DNA from: Azolla caroliniana
Lineage: Eukaryota > Plantae > Polypodiophyta
Direction: 5' to 3'
Assembly: GCA_043228905.1 (NCBI GenBank)
Contig: JBHGNT010000003.1
Coordinates: forward strand, 21,204,001-21,268,000
Length of the DNA stretch: 64,000 bases
Below, in pieces: positions 12,601 through 26,171 of the stretch. Each line of letters opens with the position of its first letter. Position 1 is the stretch's first letter. The position numbers and the translations under genes are program-made. The notes beneath the pieces are model-generated. The model was not told where the DNA came from. It saw only the letters and a program-made list of their open reading frames with translations, and did no database searches.

Positions 12601-13674
12601 AAGCATACTTGCACCATCTCGTCCTTGTCGATGTTGACGTTGATGGAGCCAAGAGAGTCGCAAATGCTCTTGATCTTGGCGGTGTAGTCCGTCACGGACA
12701 TTTCTTTTTGTCGTATGTTGTTCAACTCTTGCCGGAGTTGAAGCTTGCGCGGGGATGTGTCCGCGGCGAAAAATTTCTTGAGATTTTCCCACGCCTCTTT
12801 GGGCGTCTTGGCGTCACAAATGTGGCTAAGCATGTGGTCGTTTACACATGTTGCCAAGCAATGCATTACCCGACTCGCGCCTTGCTCCCACGTTGGGTAG
12901 TTGGCGTGTGTGGTTTCGGGTTTGCTTTCTTGTGTGTCATTGATGTAGTTCCAATACCCTTGGCCGACAAGGTATTGATTCATCTTGTACTCCCAAGATG
13001 AATAGTTGCTTCGGTCTAGCTTTTCGCTAGGGAGTGAGCTTCCCATTTGTTTGTTCATGTTGATTGTTGTGTCTTCCGTTTTGTTTTTCTTCTCTTGGTC
13101 GCGTACACGTCCTTCGTAGCGGCACTACGGTAGTGGATAGCGAATAGCCGGGATTTGTCGTCGGCGTCTCGAACACACAATCACGAATAAGCGGTGGGCT
13201 TAGTGGATTTCCTAAACCACGCACTTTGATACCATGTTAAGTAATTATGTAATTAACTAGGGTTAATTAGAAACTAATTTTATGGTTACGTTAAGCAGCA
13301 GAAGATTAGTATGATATGCACGTGAGAGTGTGTGAGAGGAAGAGAGAGAGAGAGAGGAAGTTACACTTGAACACAAAGATAAATGGGGGATGATTGACTA
13401 TATTGAAAAGTGTCATCAACATAAAAAATACCCACAATGAGGTATATATACAACCCATGTGCAAAGGTGCACATGTATGGGTAGAACATAGGCACTTATG
13501 TGTAAGTCCTACATTAAATGTACTAAGGAGTGGAGGATCTAGAATATCCCACTTAAGTACAAGGTCCTATTTAAAGGGTTAAGGTCAACACATTAACTAG
13601 ATTCGATCTAGGTAACTACTAAGTTACATGTGTTGACTAACTAGATTAAACTAGTTGAGCTTGATATCTCAACA
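9658..13674 (-). mobile_element. Ty1/copia element 1 with both LTRs but lacking RT and RNase H
   Basis: 440-bp LTRs 9658-10097 and 13235-13674 (~10 mismatches by eye); TSD AATAT/AATAC; PBS TGGTATCAAAG (tRNA-iMet type) ending at 13234; PPT GAGGGGGCG adjoining 10097. Confidence 0.96.
10360..13058 (-). pseudogene. Copia gag-protease-integrase polyprotein with one in-frame stop and no RT/RNase H
   Basis: Gag with CX2CX4HX4C knuckle, WFVDSSAS protease, LWHKRIGH..CKAC, HSDVWGP, QQNGVAERKN. ORFs 11613-13058 and 10092-11567 are in one frame, separated by TGA where the sister copia has Gly. Confidence 0.92.
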
Positions 13675-14243
13675 AATACTTAATCCAAAAATAACCAACC
13701 CTTATACATCTTTCTCTCCTCCTTATATAAGGACGGAAGAGGCTAAGCATAGCTTCTTGCTTTTCTAAAGTGTTCATGCTCTCTAAATTTGCATGGTTTA
13801 CTTTTCCCAATACGATTTCCTAAATTTAGCATTCATGCCCGCTAGATGTGCATGAGAAATTTTATTAGTGTGCATATAAATAAAGTTTTCACGCATTCTA
13901 AAAATGCATGACTTACTTTTTAATAAAGGTAGGCAAAAATAAAGGTTTTATACGTATTAAATCTATATTTGAAACACTTAGAATAAGTTAGTATAATGGT
14001 AAGGCTAGAGTTTGTCTTCGTGGAGGTGCAGGGTTTGAATCTTGCCCTATGCACATAACAGAAATTTTAATGTTTCTTTTATTTACAATTGTGCCTCTTC
14101 ATCCCGTAAGAGACTCTCACCGGCCTTCTTCATCCGACTCTTCCTTGCCGGTTCCTCTTCATCCGGTTCTCACCGGGTATTTCATTCTCTATCCAGATGG
14201 ACAAAATGCAATTTCCTCGTAGTGTGTAAATTACACTACGACA

Positions 14244-14598
14244 GCGTCAAACTCCCAGCACCCACAGAGAATGACGATCAGAGGAGGAGAGAGAGCTCGG
14301 CACTCGGTCCTGCAACACTTCGTCCTCCCTAATGCACGATGCCTTTTCTTCCTTCTCTCCCTCCTTAAATAGTTTGCAAAGGGGAGATCGTTCTTCCTTA
14401 GTCCAATCGCTTTATTCCTTGTCCCTTCCGACAAAGATACGCACAAATCCCGTAATAAATGTGTACTACCTAGTATTTACATCAGCTGACCTAATTACGA
14501 ATTATGTACAAAATATCAATTCTCGCGTCCACCCGTGTAAGAGCCGGTTCATGCGCCTTTTTCTCCGATTCCGCCCATGGCCGGTTTTCTTCACGACA
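14244..14598 (+). mobile_element. 3' part of another LTR ending TTCACGACA (related to 35147-40183)
   Basis: Terminus CGGTTTTCTTCACGACA resembles CGGATTTTCACGACA at 40169-40183; abuts a copia pol fragment. Confidence 0.55.
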
Positions 14599-14915
14599 TC
14601 ATTGTAGTCGAGCCAAGTGATGGGATTCTCCTCTCTAAAAGAGTGTTGAAGTTTTTCACTCGTCGATGTGAGCACCTTCTTTACTTCGGGTGTATGCATG
14701 CGCCGAAAGACACAATACCGGCCATCCAAAGCCGAAGCCAATTCAACCGAATCGAAGATCCGAATGTCGAAAGCCAAAGCGAACATCAGATGCCCTGTAC
14801 TTGAGCTTGAGGGGGCATGTTGAGAGATCAAGCTCAACTTAGTTTAGTTAGGTAGTCACTCGTAGTTACATGGTTGACTACCTAACTAAACTAAGTTGAG
14901 CTTGATCTCTCAACA
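14599..14915. mobile_element. Rearranged copia remnant ending in a perfect 41-bp inverted repeat of LTR 5' ends
   Basis: Minus-strand pol fragment (MHTPEVKKVLTSTSEKL), then plus-strand 3'UTR and PPT GAGGGGGCA, then arms 14818-14858 and 14875-14915. Confidence 0.88.
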
Positions 14916-16299
14916 ATTAGTTACACTCCAACAATTCTATTTTACCAACATCACTTCGTATGATAGTTCTACAAGATGTGGGAACTTCATATCACTTCCC
15001 CTATTTGTTTGGAGGTTTGTAATCATGCAATTGACATGTATAAATCCTTACTTAGAAGCTTCCATTATGCTTTAACTCTTCTCCTTTGCTTCAACCTCAC
15101 TTTGATTCTCTCGTGGAGCAAGTTTTGGTGAATTTTTCACAAGTAGATAATAAAGGAGCTAAAGCATGGGATACTACTTTACAAAACATTAACATCATTA
15201 ATCCTATGTATGGGGCAACTAATGCCTGACGACAATTAGGTTGTCTTTAACAATTCTCACAAGCTCTCTCCGAGTGTAATGCATGATTGATACATGTACC
15301 AATAAACGAGGAGCTTTTGGATATCTAAAGTCAATTGCATATCATTATTCCCCTATTGCAATGCCAAAGTTATTGTTATGTTAAGATGTAACAACACAGG
15401 GATGGACTCATAGATCATCATTGTCAATCTCATTTATTTTTCCAAGCATTACATACCTATGCTCGACCTAATGTGGTACATGTGAAGCAAGGGGATAAAT
15501 TTATAGTGGATCCTATGACAATAATCACAATATTTGTTTATTAGTTTAAGGAGTTGATTGACCCACAATTGTTAATAATGAATGAGGTGAGTATAACACG
15601 CCATGAGTTTTATGATGTGGTTGGATGTATTGTGCACGATGTCGCGATAATGCGTGTGTGCGTGCTATTGGAGCAGTACCACCGATGTCCTAGACTAGGG
15701 AGGTCACAAGGGCTAAGAAGGCGTGGAGGATAGGTCCTCAACTCGAAGGATCTTTAGACTCGAATGGAGCTTAGACTCAAACAAAGCCTAGAGTCAAAGG
15801 AAGCCCAAAGTTGAAGGCTCTTCAAATGTGAGGGGAGCAACGACACGAATGATGATTAACACATGAGGGCGAGGTCATAATATGCAATTGTGACACCCAT
15901 TGTAAGTGGTGTTTTTCACACACATCTATTAATACCATTGTGTGTTTTCAATAATAAAAACATAGAGAGAGGCCTCAAAATGGGCTTTTGTTGAGCATGT
16001 TCAAAATGGTCCAAATGATGAGTTGGAGAAAAGAGGGAGGGAGAGATAGAGATGATACTTTACGAAAATGATGGCCTTTTAGACAATCGGAAATAAGAGT
16101 CATATACCACAAGAATATTGATATATTTGGCAATCAATATTGGCATTGCCTAGTCTAGTTTTCCCAATTTTAGAGTTGGTGTCAAGGAACCATGGAAAGA
16201 TTGGTCATTTGGTACTGAAAATTCGATATTTGTGGTGCATATTAATGATGTATACCATAAGTTGGTTGAAGGTAGAGATTGGTTAGCAATAACCATACA

Positions 16300-17050
16300 A
16301 TGAACCATACATATCATATTGATACGTGCATTCGCATTCAAGAATGATTCAATCAAACATGTATGGCAAATCATCTCGAAGTTGGATTGGATTGACAAGT
16401 TGGATTGGATTGACTATGGTCTATATTATATATTGATTCACTCTCAATCCCAATAAGTGGACTCTAAACCATTGTGAACCACCAACATAAGTATGGTTGC
16501 AACTTGCAATATTTGCATTGTATCACATGCATGCCTTTGGGATGCTTCTTAAGAATCAAGACATCTCTATCCTCCTCACTTTAGAACTTTACAAAAAAAT
16601 GAGTATGACCTAAGAGATTGAATCAAAATATGTCATTAGAAATTATAATCAAACGTTCAAAAACTCATAAAATGTATATTCGAGAATATGAAGAAAACAT
16701 GGCATAGGCAGTAGTAGCATAACAACTTACCACTAGGGTGAGCTAATTTTTAATAACAAAGAAAAAAAAAAAAGAAAAAAAAAAAAGGAACATGACACCC
16801 AACATAAAATTTTGCCATGACATGACAATAATGAGAGGATATGAGAAACAATAGCATGACAACTGACCACTAGGTTGAGCTAATTTCTATTAGCACAAAA
16901 AAATAAAAATAAAAAATAAAAAATATATAATACTAGTATAAAATTTTGTTGTGACATGACATTAACGAGAGAGAGATGAGAAAATTGGGAATTGAACCCA
17001 ATACATGTACAACAATAGCATGAAAACTTATCACTAGGGTGAACTAATTT
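16300..17050 (-). repeat. Dispersed repeat family D (inverted copy of 43900-44940) with tRNA-like tandem units
   Basis: 16577-16700 is the reverse complement of ~44530-44655; CTTACCACTAGGGTGAGCTAATT-like motif recurs at ~16725, ~16862 and ~17027. Confidence 0.8.
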
Positions 17051-17776
17051 GCAAGGGTATTAAATAAAAAACAAAAGTCATCTTGTATTTTCCCCTTCAA
17101 AAACGTTTGAATTCTTGCACGAACACGTTTATTACATTCTATGGCAATAACATTTTGGATATATGGCACATTGCTCGACATGTAAAGTGGTGGTGTCGAT
17201 TTTAGATGAAGGATTGCATTGTCATCTTCCATTTCGTCCAAAGGTGTTTCTTTGGCATGCGATGGTTGATTGGTTGCCTTTAGTGATGACTTTACAACAA
17301 AGTCATATTTTGAATGGGACATGTTTTGTATAGTGGTTGACGAAGATGACAGACATAGGTTCATTATATGGTTGTTGTTAAAGCCGTTTGGGTGGTTATA
17401 TCACAAATTTGGGCATCAAGTTTTTTGTCACCTTTTAAGCGGGTTCTCATTAATGGTGCTAAAGCTCTACCTAACCCATCATATCAGGTGGTGTTTGGCT
17501 ACCTTAGGTATTGGAAGATGTGGTTTAAGTAACTAGATCATTAGAAATAGCTTCATGTTTGATGGACTTCGTGGAGTACCACAACAACTCGGTAGGTTGA
17601 ACGGAAAGTTGATTTGGTAGTTCTCGCAAGTATGGGGACATTGTCCCAATATAAGGTAGATTTATGCCATCTAGTATTACAACACTTGACACCGTTTACC
17701 TTGCCATATTGCTACAAATGAAGTAGTGTAGATAGCAAGGGTTGTATTATCATCTTGTTTTAATAACAAACATAGA

Positions 17777-17814
<38 letters not shown>

Positions 17815-18930
17815 AAGAGGATATTGTGTGGTGCATGTGTTCCTTTGTGCCACCCTTTTAGCATACCCTTTTTAGCTCAGCCAACCCAAATGGGTACCTT
17901 TGTATCGACTATAAATTGAGCAAGAAGTAAGAGGCTAAGTAGGTTGGTTTTGATCTCTTATGTGCATTTTACAATATGTATAGAGTGATAGAATATGTTC
18001 AAAATGGTCTAAATGATGAGTCACAAATCTTGTTCCAATTTTTACGCTTTTGGGGGTTGCAACACTAAAGCATCCAATGTCATTCGCACTAAAATATTGA
18101 TACCCTACCTTAAGAGTTCATTGTTGAAGCCATCGTAATTCCGACCATTGAGTGAGATTTTTCATATTGTGATACCGACCATCAAGTGAGAAGTTGGAAC
18201 GTTCTCCACCTTCAATATCCGGATAGGGAATATAATAATATGAATATGTAGGCCTAACGTACCACAAAGATGTATTCACGGAAAATAAAAATTGAACATT
18301 ACACCCTTCAAAACATAAAGTACCGTATTTACCAGTAGAGTAACTACTATTTAATGAATTCTAAATATATATATATATATATAGATAAAAACCAAACCCA
18401 CATTCACAAATCCATGGTTTCTATGTTGGAAGCCTATTACCCATCCTCTTTGGTTCAAGTCCTCGATGGTCCTAGTCACGTTTCACATGCACACATGTAA
18501 TTTCGCAACCAAATTATGTCCTAACTTTGAAGTTTGGTGGAGGAGAATGTTCCACCTTCTCACCCAGTGGTCAAAATCACAATTAGAAATATCCAACACG
18601 AACCTCGCAATGAATTATTCTTGTTAACTGTATGGATCTTTATTGATGCAGTAATTTGCGGAATTATATTTTCACCAAATTTACTCTCAGTTGTTTACAT
18701 TTGCGCTCTGAGCTCGGATCTTGAAGCCGAAAAATCCGTACCAATGATAACGAGTAACACTTGATAATAGTTTGCATATTTTTATTTTAAATGGATATCA
18801 AACAACAGAATACATCGGAGATTGAAAGGTTGATTTAGATACACACGAGATATTTCTTGTCTCCATTACACAAAGTGGATTGAGATGTAAGAATATAAGA
18901 AGATAGAGATGTAGGAACTATGAGTAGAGC

Positions 18931-19018
18931 TTTTGAGGTATATATCCTTAAGTTTGTGTTTAGAAGACCAACACTTTTGAGGTATATATCCTTAAGTTTG
19001 TGTTTAGAAGACCAACAC
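18931..19018 (+). repeat. 44-bp direct tandem duplication
   Basis: TTTTGAGGTATATATCCTTAAGTTTGTGTTTAGAAGACCAACAC twice. Confidence 0.9.
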
Positions 19019-22000
19019 GACGACTTTGTTGCCTCTTGTCATTGGTGATCTTTAACACCATATTTATTCGCTACTCTAAGCTCGTTCGAGATTTGGCAGT
19101 GTTTTCTCCTTGATACAAAATTTTCTCTGAACAATGAGTTCTCCTCTCCTTTTTATAGGTTTTAAGATGGACCTTATTTGTCAAAATAGTAAGTTTTTTT
19201 TTGTATTACTTTGATTGATGCAAAACCGATGACCTTTACCAAAATAGCAAGTTTCTTTTTGTAATACTTAACCTTCGAGACTTGACGGATGCAAAACTTT
19301 CACATTCCTTTTTATTTTTAGCATATATGTACCTCAACCATTTTATCTTGTTGCTTATTATAGATTACCATTGTCCCTTCGTAATCCATTACAAGATTTA
19401 AAACCCTAACCTTTCATTCATATTATTCCTTCTTTGATGATTGAACTTAGTATTTTACTTGTCTTTAACTCACCTTGTCCCATGACCTTCTTTTCATACA
19501 TCTGCCTTGTCCTTCAATCTTTTATATATACTTAGTTTAACATGTCTCCTTATGTGCACTCCCCACATCACGACAATGTTCAATCCCAACACTCTATATT
19601 GGCAAGAATAATATTTTGGTATAATAGAGAGGTGTGAATGTTGAGAGTCCCCTTAGTATTAGGATAAGATTTACAATCAAACTAGAGAGGGGGGGGAGAG
19701 AGAGAGAGAACAAACAATATCGAAGAAGATGGAATATTTTTTTTGTCGTAACACAAGTCTATACCCTACATGTGAACCTATGGATGGTTTTTATTGAGCC
19801 CTCCCTTTATGTGCGCCAATAAATGATCGTTATTGCTTTGTAGTATTGTTCTTGTTTCAATTTTTTATTCAAGTGATCCACTCATACAACATCTTCAACT
19901 CAATTGGGATGGCAAACACATACATGTGCTCATTCACCCTACTGCCCTAGCCCCCTAGAATCTTTCTATTTTTATCTTTGAATACTTTATGAAGAATATC
20001 AAGGCTTCTCTCTATTCATATACTTCAGACTTTATTTCATGACCATAAGGTTGCAAAGCATGGGTTTTGGCAAACATCCTATCACAATTGATTGTTGACA
20101 ATTTAATTTTAATAAGCCAACTAATGAATTTATTAAGTAATAATTTTCTAATTATTGACAACTCTAATTAAGTCCATGACACTTATATGATACTTGTAGG
20201 CATGCTTTTATAATGTAGTGTCACATGGAATATTCATTTCGCTTATATTGTACCGTGTACGAGAAGCCTCCTTCAAAGTTATACTTGTCCAATTCTCTTA
20301 TACCTATGTGTTTGTTTATGATTTCAAAATAGTGACATGAAATACATGAGCTAGATGTTGAGCTCAACTTTTCTAGATCGTATGTGCAAACTTTGAACGA
20401 AAAGGGTGAAATGACCATGTCCGTTTGGAGAGAGAGGATTTATGTATTGTGCCTGAACAAACTAAAATGATGAAGAATAATTGTTTCTCTAGGGTTGAGC
20501 CCATGGGCCATAAACTCAGCATAACCAATGTTGTAAATGATTAGTAACTATATTTTTCATTTCTTTTTAATGTTATGACCATATCAATATGTAAACGACA
20601 ATGTGTCAATGTCTTCTATAATATTCACATTCGGTATTTTCAATTGTGCTCTAGGACGTAAATGCATTGACCTTGCAACAGTGGCACTAAAGTGGCTTTG
20701 CACTTATCCCGTTTTTTTGTATTGATTATGAGTATTGCAATTGTACAAGTTTGTTTAATATGTGTGAACAATGATGTAACCTTTTCCATTTTTCATGCCA
20801 TCAGGGATGACATATCCATGTTGGCGCAATATAGTGAATATCACACCATTTTTTTACACTACATGCAACACTGATGTTGCACCAATATTTTAATATGAAT
20901 TGTGAGATTCAACATTTTTGGTACTAACTATCCAATGAGTGATTGATTTAATGCAAATTATTGGGATCAAAACACTTGCCTTCAATTGAAACAATAATTA
21001 GTTTATTCAACATTCCCAAATTGTTGCTCAATTATATTTGACAAGGTACTTAATTACTTGTTTAATTGTTATTCGACTTCTATATGATTGTCGCTAATTT
21101 ATATTCGAAGTTGTGGAACGTGTTGGACAATACCATTTGTGCACACCAATAAATGCCAACCATGAAAATAGCCCCCACCATGTATGAATCCTAGTCCAAT
21201 AGCTTCAATGTCAACATGTGAATGTTTGTGTTACAGTGAACATGACATTACACCCATTGCTTTACCCATTCTTATGTGGCCCTAAAGCACAAGTTTTACC
21301 ACTACATCATTACCATTTATACATTATATGCATAAATATAATTTCTACTCTACATATAAAGGTAATGCTTTCATATCTGTCCTATAATGTGTTATGCCTT
21401 GTTCAGTACTGCGTTCCATATTTTATATGTTTTCTTTTATCATCAAGAATAAATATTTGAAGTGCATGTCAAGTTGTTATTGGTGGTTAGTTGTTATTTA
21501 ATTTTTATTAACTTTGCTCGACCATGACTTGTTTATATTGTTTTCCCAAATACTTAACATCAAAGGTTGTTTGCCTACCTGTTGCAAAATTTGACTTGTG
21601 GGCTGTTCATAAATAATACAACTCTACTTACAAAATAATGTCAACATTTGCAAGGGAGCAAGTGCATCTTATTGACAATGTGTCAACAGATTAGACATAT
21701 GAGACCAGTATAATGAAATGAATATAAGCTATAATCCAAATATCACTTCGCTAATTCTAGTTATATTCCATTCAATTGATTCAACATGTTGAAGCAAACC
21801 CACATGACTAAATATTAATATACTATGTGGCATTTCATTTACTTCACGTTTTGTTCAAGAATGGGAATAGGATAGAGTCCTTATCAAAATGTAGTCAGAG
21901 GTACTTGTATGAATTACACTCCAATCACATTTAACATCGAGCATTTGCGTAAACTCTGTGTCATCTCACTTTGCAACATGAGGAGCTAGTTAAGGCAATT

Positions 22001-24659
22001 ATACCACATGACAAGTGCCAAGAATAAGCACTTGCAACAAAGAAGACTAATGTATTTGTAGAGATACCAAGCATAATTGAAGCACATTGGTAACCCTTGA
22101 AGGAAGTCTAAAGGTGTTACATATACAACATGAGACCATGAACCAATTTATGAGGATCATCTCCTTATTGATGGTAACAAGGTAGATATGCACATCTAAA
22201 TCATTTGTCGCCCAATCGACATCCAAAGTTTCACTCAATCCCATGCAACACCGAACACACTATCACGCTCACCTAATTCTAGAATAATCAAGCAAGCAAT
22301 TTCTATCAAAGTCAAGAAATGGTGGAGACAATTCTCTGAGTATCATAGACATGATGAGGTGACAAAGAAGAATGTGATACAAAGATGAGTGATTTCTTTT
22401 CTTGTCAATGATTCTAATACATAGTTTTTCAATCACTCTCTATTTTCTTAGCATTGTAACCCTCCAATCTTATTTCATCTTGCCCATAACCAACATGCTC
22501 ATCCTATTTTATAAGGTCCAAATATTTATATTTTCACCCACATTGTTGCTAATTTGGCTCCCAAACTTGATTTTGCTTTTTTTTGCTATCACATATAGCA
22601 ATACGAACTTAACATGTACACATACTAATCTCGAGCATATGCATATACAAACACACACTACTCCATACATAGATGCACCAATATAGGATCATCTTTGGGA
22701 AACCCTTTACTAGTTGGTAGGAACAAAACTTCATATGTGAATGTACAAGTCAACAAAATGAACATACATGTAGTACAATATATACATGTTGACCTTGTTT
22801 AAATACTTATGGAGCTAAGTATAAAATAGTACCTAATTATAACATGTCCTCTGTCAATGAACCTAAAGTTGAAATACACACCATCATGAGTCACATTGCT
22901 TCAGTGATCAACATATTTCAATAGAGTCACGTAAACAACGAATGTTATCTCTTTTTGTATTCCTACTTGTATCATGGTTGTCACAAATTGAGCCATGAAG
23001 TATCTCAATATTATTGTTATATATCCAAATTGTCTACATAAGCCTACCAATATTTGTTGATGAGAAAAGGGATCCATTTTCATTAAAAAGGTTAATTGGT
23101 GCGTTATGACCATTTGATACCTTAAGGTGAATTAGCGGGGATTTTAATGCAATCGTTGAAACCAAGTGATTTCCTTATGTTTATGCTAGGGCAATTGTTA
23201 GCATTTATGTTTATTTAATTTAAAGGCGTACCTAAATGGTTAGCCATAGATTGCTTATTTGTTAAATTGATGTTGCGATGTGAAGGTGCTAGGAAATTTC
23301 ATGTACGATTGAAGCTTTAACCACCCTTTAGTTGGGATGGATATTCTCAACAATTCCGGAGGTTGACAATGGTTGGTTTCATGCAATGATAGTTTCAAAT
23401 GCTTTATTATGCATATTGGTTGGTGACAAACTACATAAGTTGCATGTTGTAGGTATTATTATGTGTTTTGAGGGGAATATGTGTATGCTACTAGGAGAAC
23501 TTTAAATTGATTTGACTACAAAATGAATTGAAATGGTGACGAACACAACATCGATATAAACTATGAATGAGTTAACCACTTCATTGGTTTTTGTGTTGGG
23601 TAACTCAAACTTTTGGGGGGAGGGGGGATTTTCATGCTTTGTGGTTGTTGGCATAAGTTGGCTTCACGACACAATGATTACTTCATAATTTTATCCTTAT
23701 CAAGATGACACGATTCGTTTTTTAATGTCACACATTGAACTTCTCTTTTCATGGACAAGCTCGACGTTTTATGGTGCAAGCATTATTTAGGTTTCTGCGC
23801 TAGAAGTGTCTATTAAGAGGAGCATCACTTATATTACACGGAACTTAGTAACAATAACATAACATCAACCTACATTATCTACATAGGCGAGATGTGGTGT
23901 TATGAGTTGATCGAGTAGAGTGTGAACACTCTAGGGGAAATACAATGTGTGGTGGAGGCAAGTTGCAACTAGTCTCTCTCGTCCACCCCCAGAAGGGGTT
24001 GTTCCCTTTTCCCTTAAAATTTCTTTGCACTGTTTCACAAAGGAGAAGCAAGCTTCAAGCCCCTTCTCTAATTAGCAAGCGTGCCACTCTCATAGGACTT
24101 TATTTACACGTAATATGTTTGCGGTGACAAAGTGTAAAGGGACACGGATAACTCGGGATGTTATTTTTTTCAACATTATAGGGGAAGGCAACGCATGGTT
24201 AAAAGTAGAGTCAAATGGGGAAGCTCAATCTGGAGCTGCTATGTAGACCATCCACAAGGTCAGTAGTGAAAGTGTTAGATTATGCACCATGTCGAAGACT
24301 GCGCTCCGTATTATACCGATAGGACCTTCAAGTGCCAGAGGGAAAAAGTGTGAATTAACGAACGAGCGAGCGAGAGATGGGATGGAGTAAGTAAAGAAAA
24401 ACAAAACAATGGAGAAAGGGGGGGGGGGGTTGGGGTAAAATGAATAAATATGTAAATAAACGAAACAAAAGAGATAAAAAGGATGAATGGTTTGAATTGG
24501 AATGGGTGGATAAATAGGTATAAATAAAATAAAATAAAATAAAAAATAAAGGGGAATAATTAAGTAATTAAAAAATTGCAGAAGGCGGGAGTGGATAAGG
24601 CTTGGCCCTCCTTTTTATAGCCTTTTTATTTTATTTAATTTTGTGGTGTTTTTTGTCTG

Positions 24660-25246
24660 CTTTCTCACGTGACTCATTTTCCATCCTCTTGTTTTGTCGT
24701 CAAGCGGTTTTTGGCATTATCCCCTCTTTTGTCCGCTTTCACACACGTGGCGCCCATTCCTCATTTATTATCAAATTTTGTTTTTATTTATTTCTCCAAA
24801 AAATAAAAACTTAAAAATGTTTTTGTAAAAAGACGGAGAAGGCCACACGCGCACAAAACTTTCTTTTGTTTGTTTGTTTCCTGGTGTCCGCGTTCACACT
24901 TGCGTGGTCCAGTCTTTCCTTTTGTCCGCCCGGTTTTTTGCTTTTGCTATTATTTTGTTTTTGTCTTCTTGTCCGAATTCACACTGGGGTCGGTGCCCAC
25001 CCCCCCCCCCCCCCCCCCCCCCCTCTGCTATCTCTTTTCTCTAAACTTTTTTTTGTCTTCTTCTCCAAATTTCCACAACCCAACAAACACACACCCAAGT
25101 TTATGGCCACAACTTTAACATTAAACACATCGATCTCAATAAATAGTAGTAATAGTAGTAGTAGAAGTAATGTCAATAGCTCCATACACTCTCTTGTACA
25201 CCCATTTTCCAACTTACTGTACATCTTGTTGATACTCACTCCCTCT

Positions 25247-25306
<60 letters not shown>

Positions 25307-26131
25307 GCTCACTCGCTTTCCTTGCTGACTCTGCCCACACACGCTCGTTCCCCAGTGTTCGATCTTTGCCATGCCGCTTCTTGGCACTTTCCATGTTGGC
25401 GTTGCCACATTTTTTTTGTCGATCTACCAAATATTCCATCCCTCCCATGTAGATTCCATGTTGGCTCACGTGACAACTAAACTTTTGGTCAATCTAAAAA
25501 CATATTTCATATATCATTTGATTCCATGAATGAATTGTTAACTTTGGGCCACTAAGGATGGTCGAGGTTCACTGAAAGACGATACAAAGTGTATATTTGT
25601 TGATATCACTTAAATCTGAATGAAATTGTGTGCATGGAAACAAACATCATCAAATTTGGACATGTTTTGATGTTATTTGCAATTGTCCATGCATGAAGTA
25701 GAAACTCAGGCCAAACGGGGAAACCGGCATGTTGAAAATGCATACAAAGTACCTACGGGCACAAATACATACAATGTTTACCAAATTTACAAGCATTTTC
25801 ACATCGATTCATTTCATGCACAACCACAAAAGATGGGAAAATTGGAGGTAATTTGTCTTCAACACAAGTACTGGAATGTTCGATAAACTTGTTAAAAATA
25901 TTGTCATTGGATTTAGACTCCCTCCACTTACAACCCAAGCTTCAATGGTATGGACAATAATGGACCACAAATAATTGGCAAGCATTGAGAATATTGCAAG
26001 AAGATTCGATAAAAAAATGAAGGCCTTTGCACTAGTAGGGGATACCTAAAAGACATTGCAACAACTTCAAATGAATTGGTATATCTATCTACCTCTCCCA
26101 TAGAGAGGGGGGGGGGGGGGGGAGAGAGAGA

Positions 26132-26171
<40 letters not shown>

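Larger units (their letters stand above)
8756..14243 (-). mobile_element. Truncated gypsy-like element, family B: 5' LTR (9434-14243, split by a copia), 5' UTR and gag N-terminus (8756-9114)
   Basis: On the minus strand the LTR starts TGTCGTAGTG (14243) and ends GGCACGACA (9434), matching the solo LTR at 33592-34287. The gag-like ORF (RFGGKDATSYLEAY) is fused to LINE sequence at ~8755. Confidence 0.8.

Noticed and set aside
17050-23800. Degenerate Helitron or DNA-transposon coding region
   Set aside because: Looks like decayed TE sequence, but no diagnostic motif or terminus could be read with confidence.
24866-25480. 204-aa ORF or possible miRNA precursor upstream of GID1
   Set aside because: Made of poly-C, (AGT)n and (CT)n low-complexity tracts; no recognisable domain, hairpin or known miRNA sequence.
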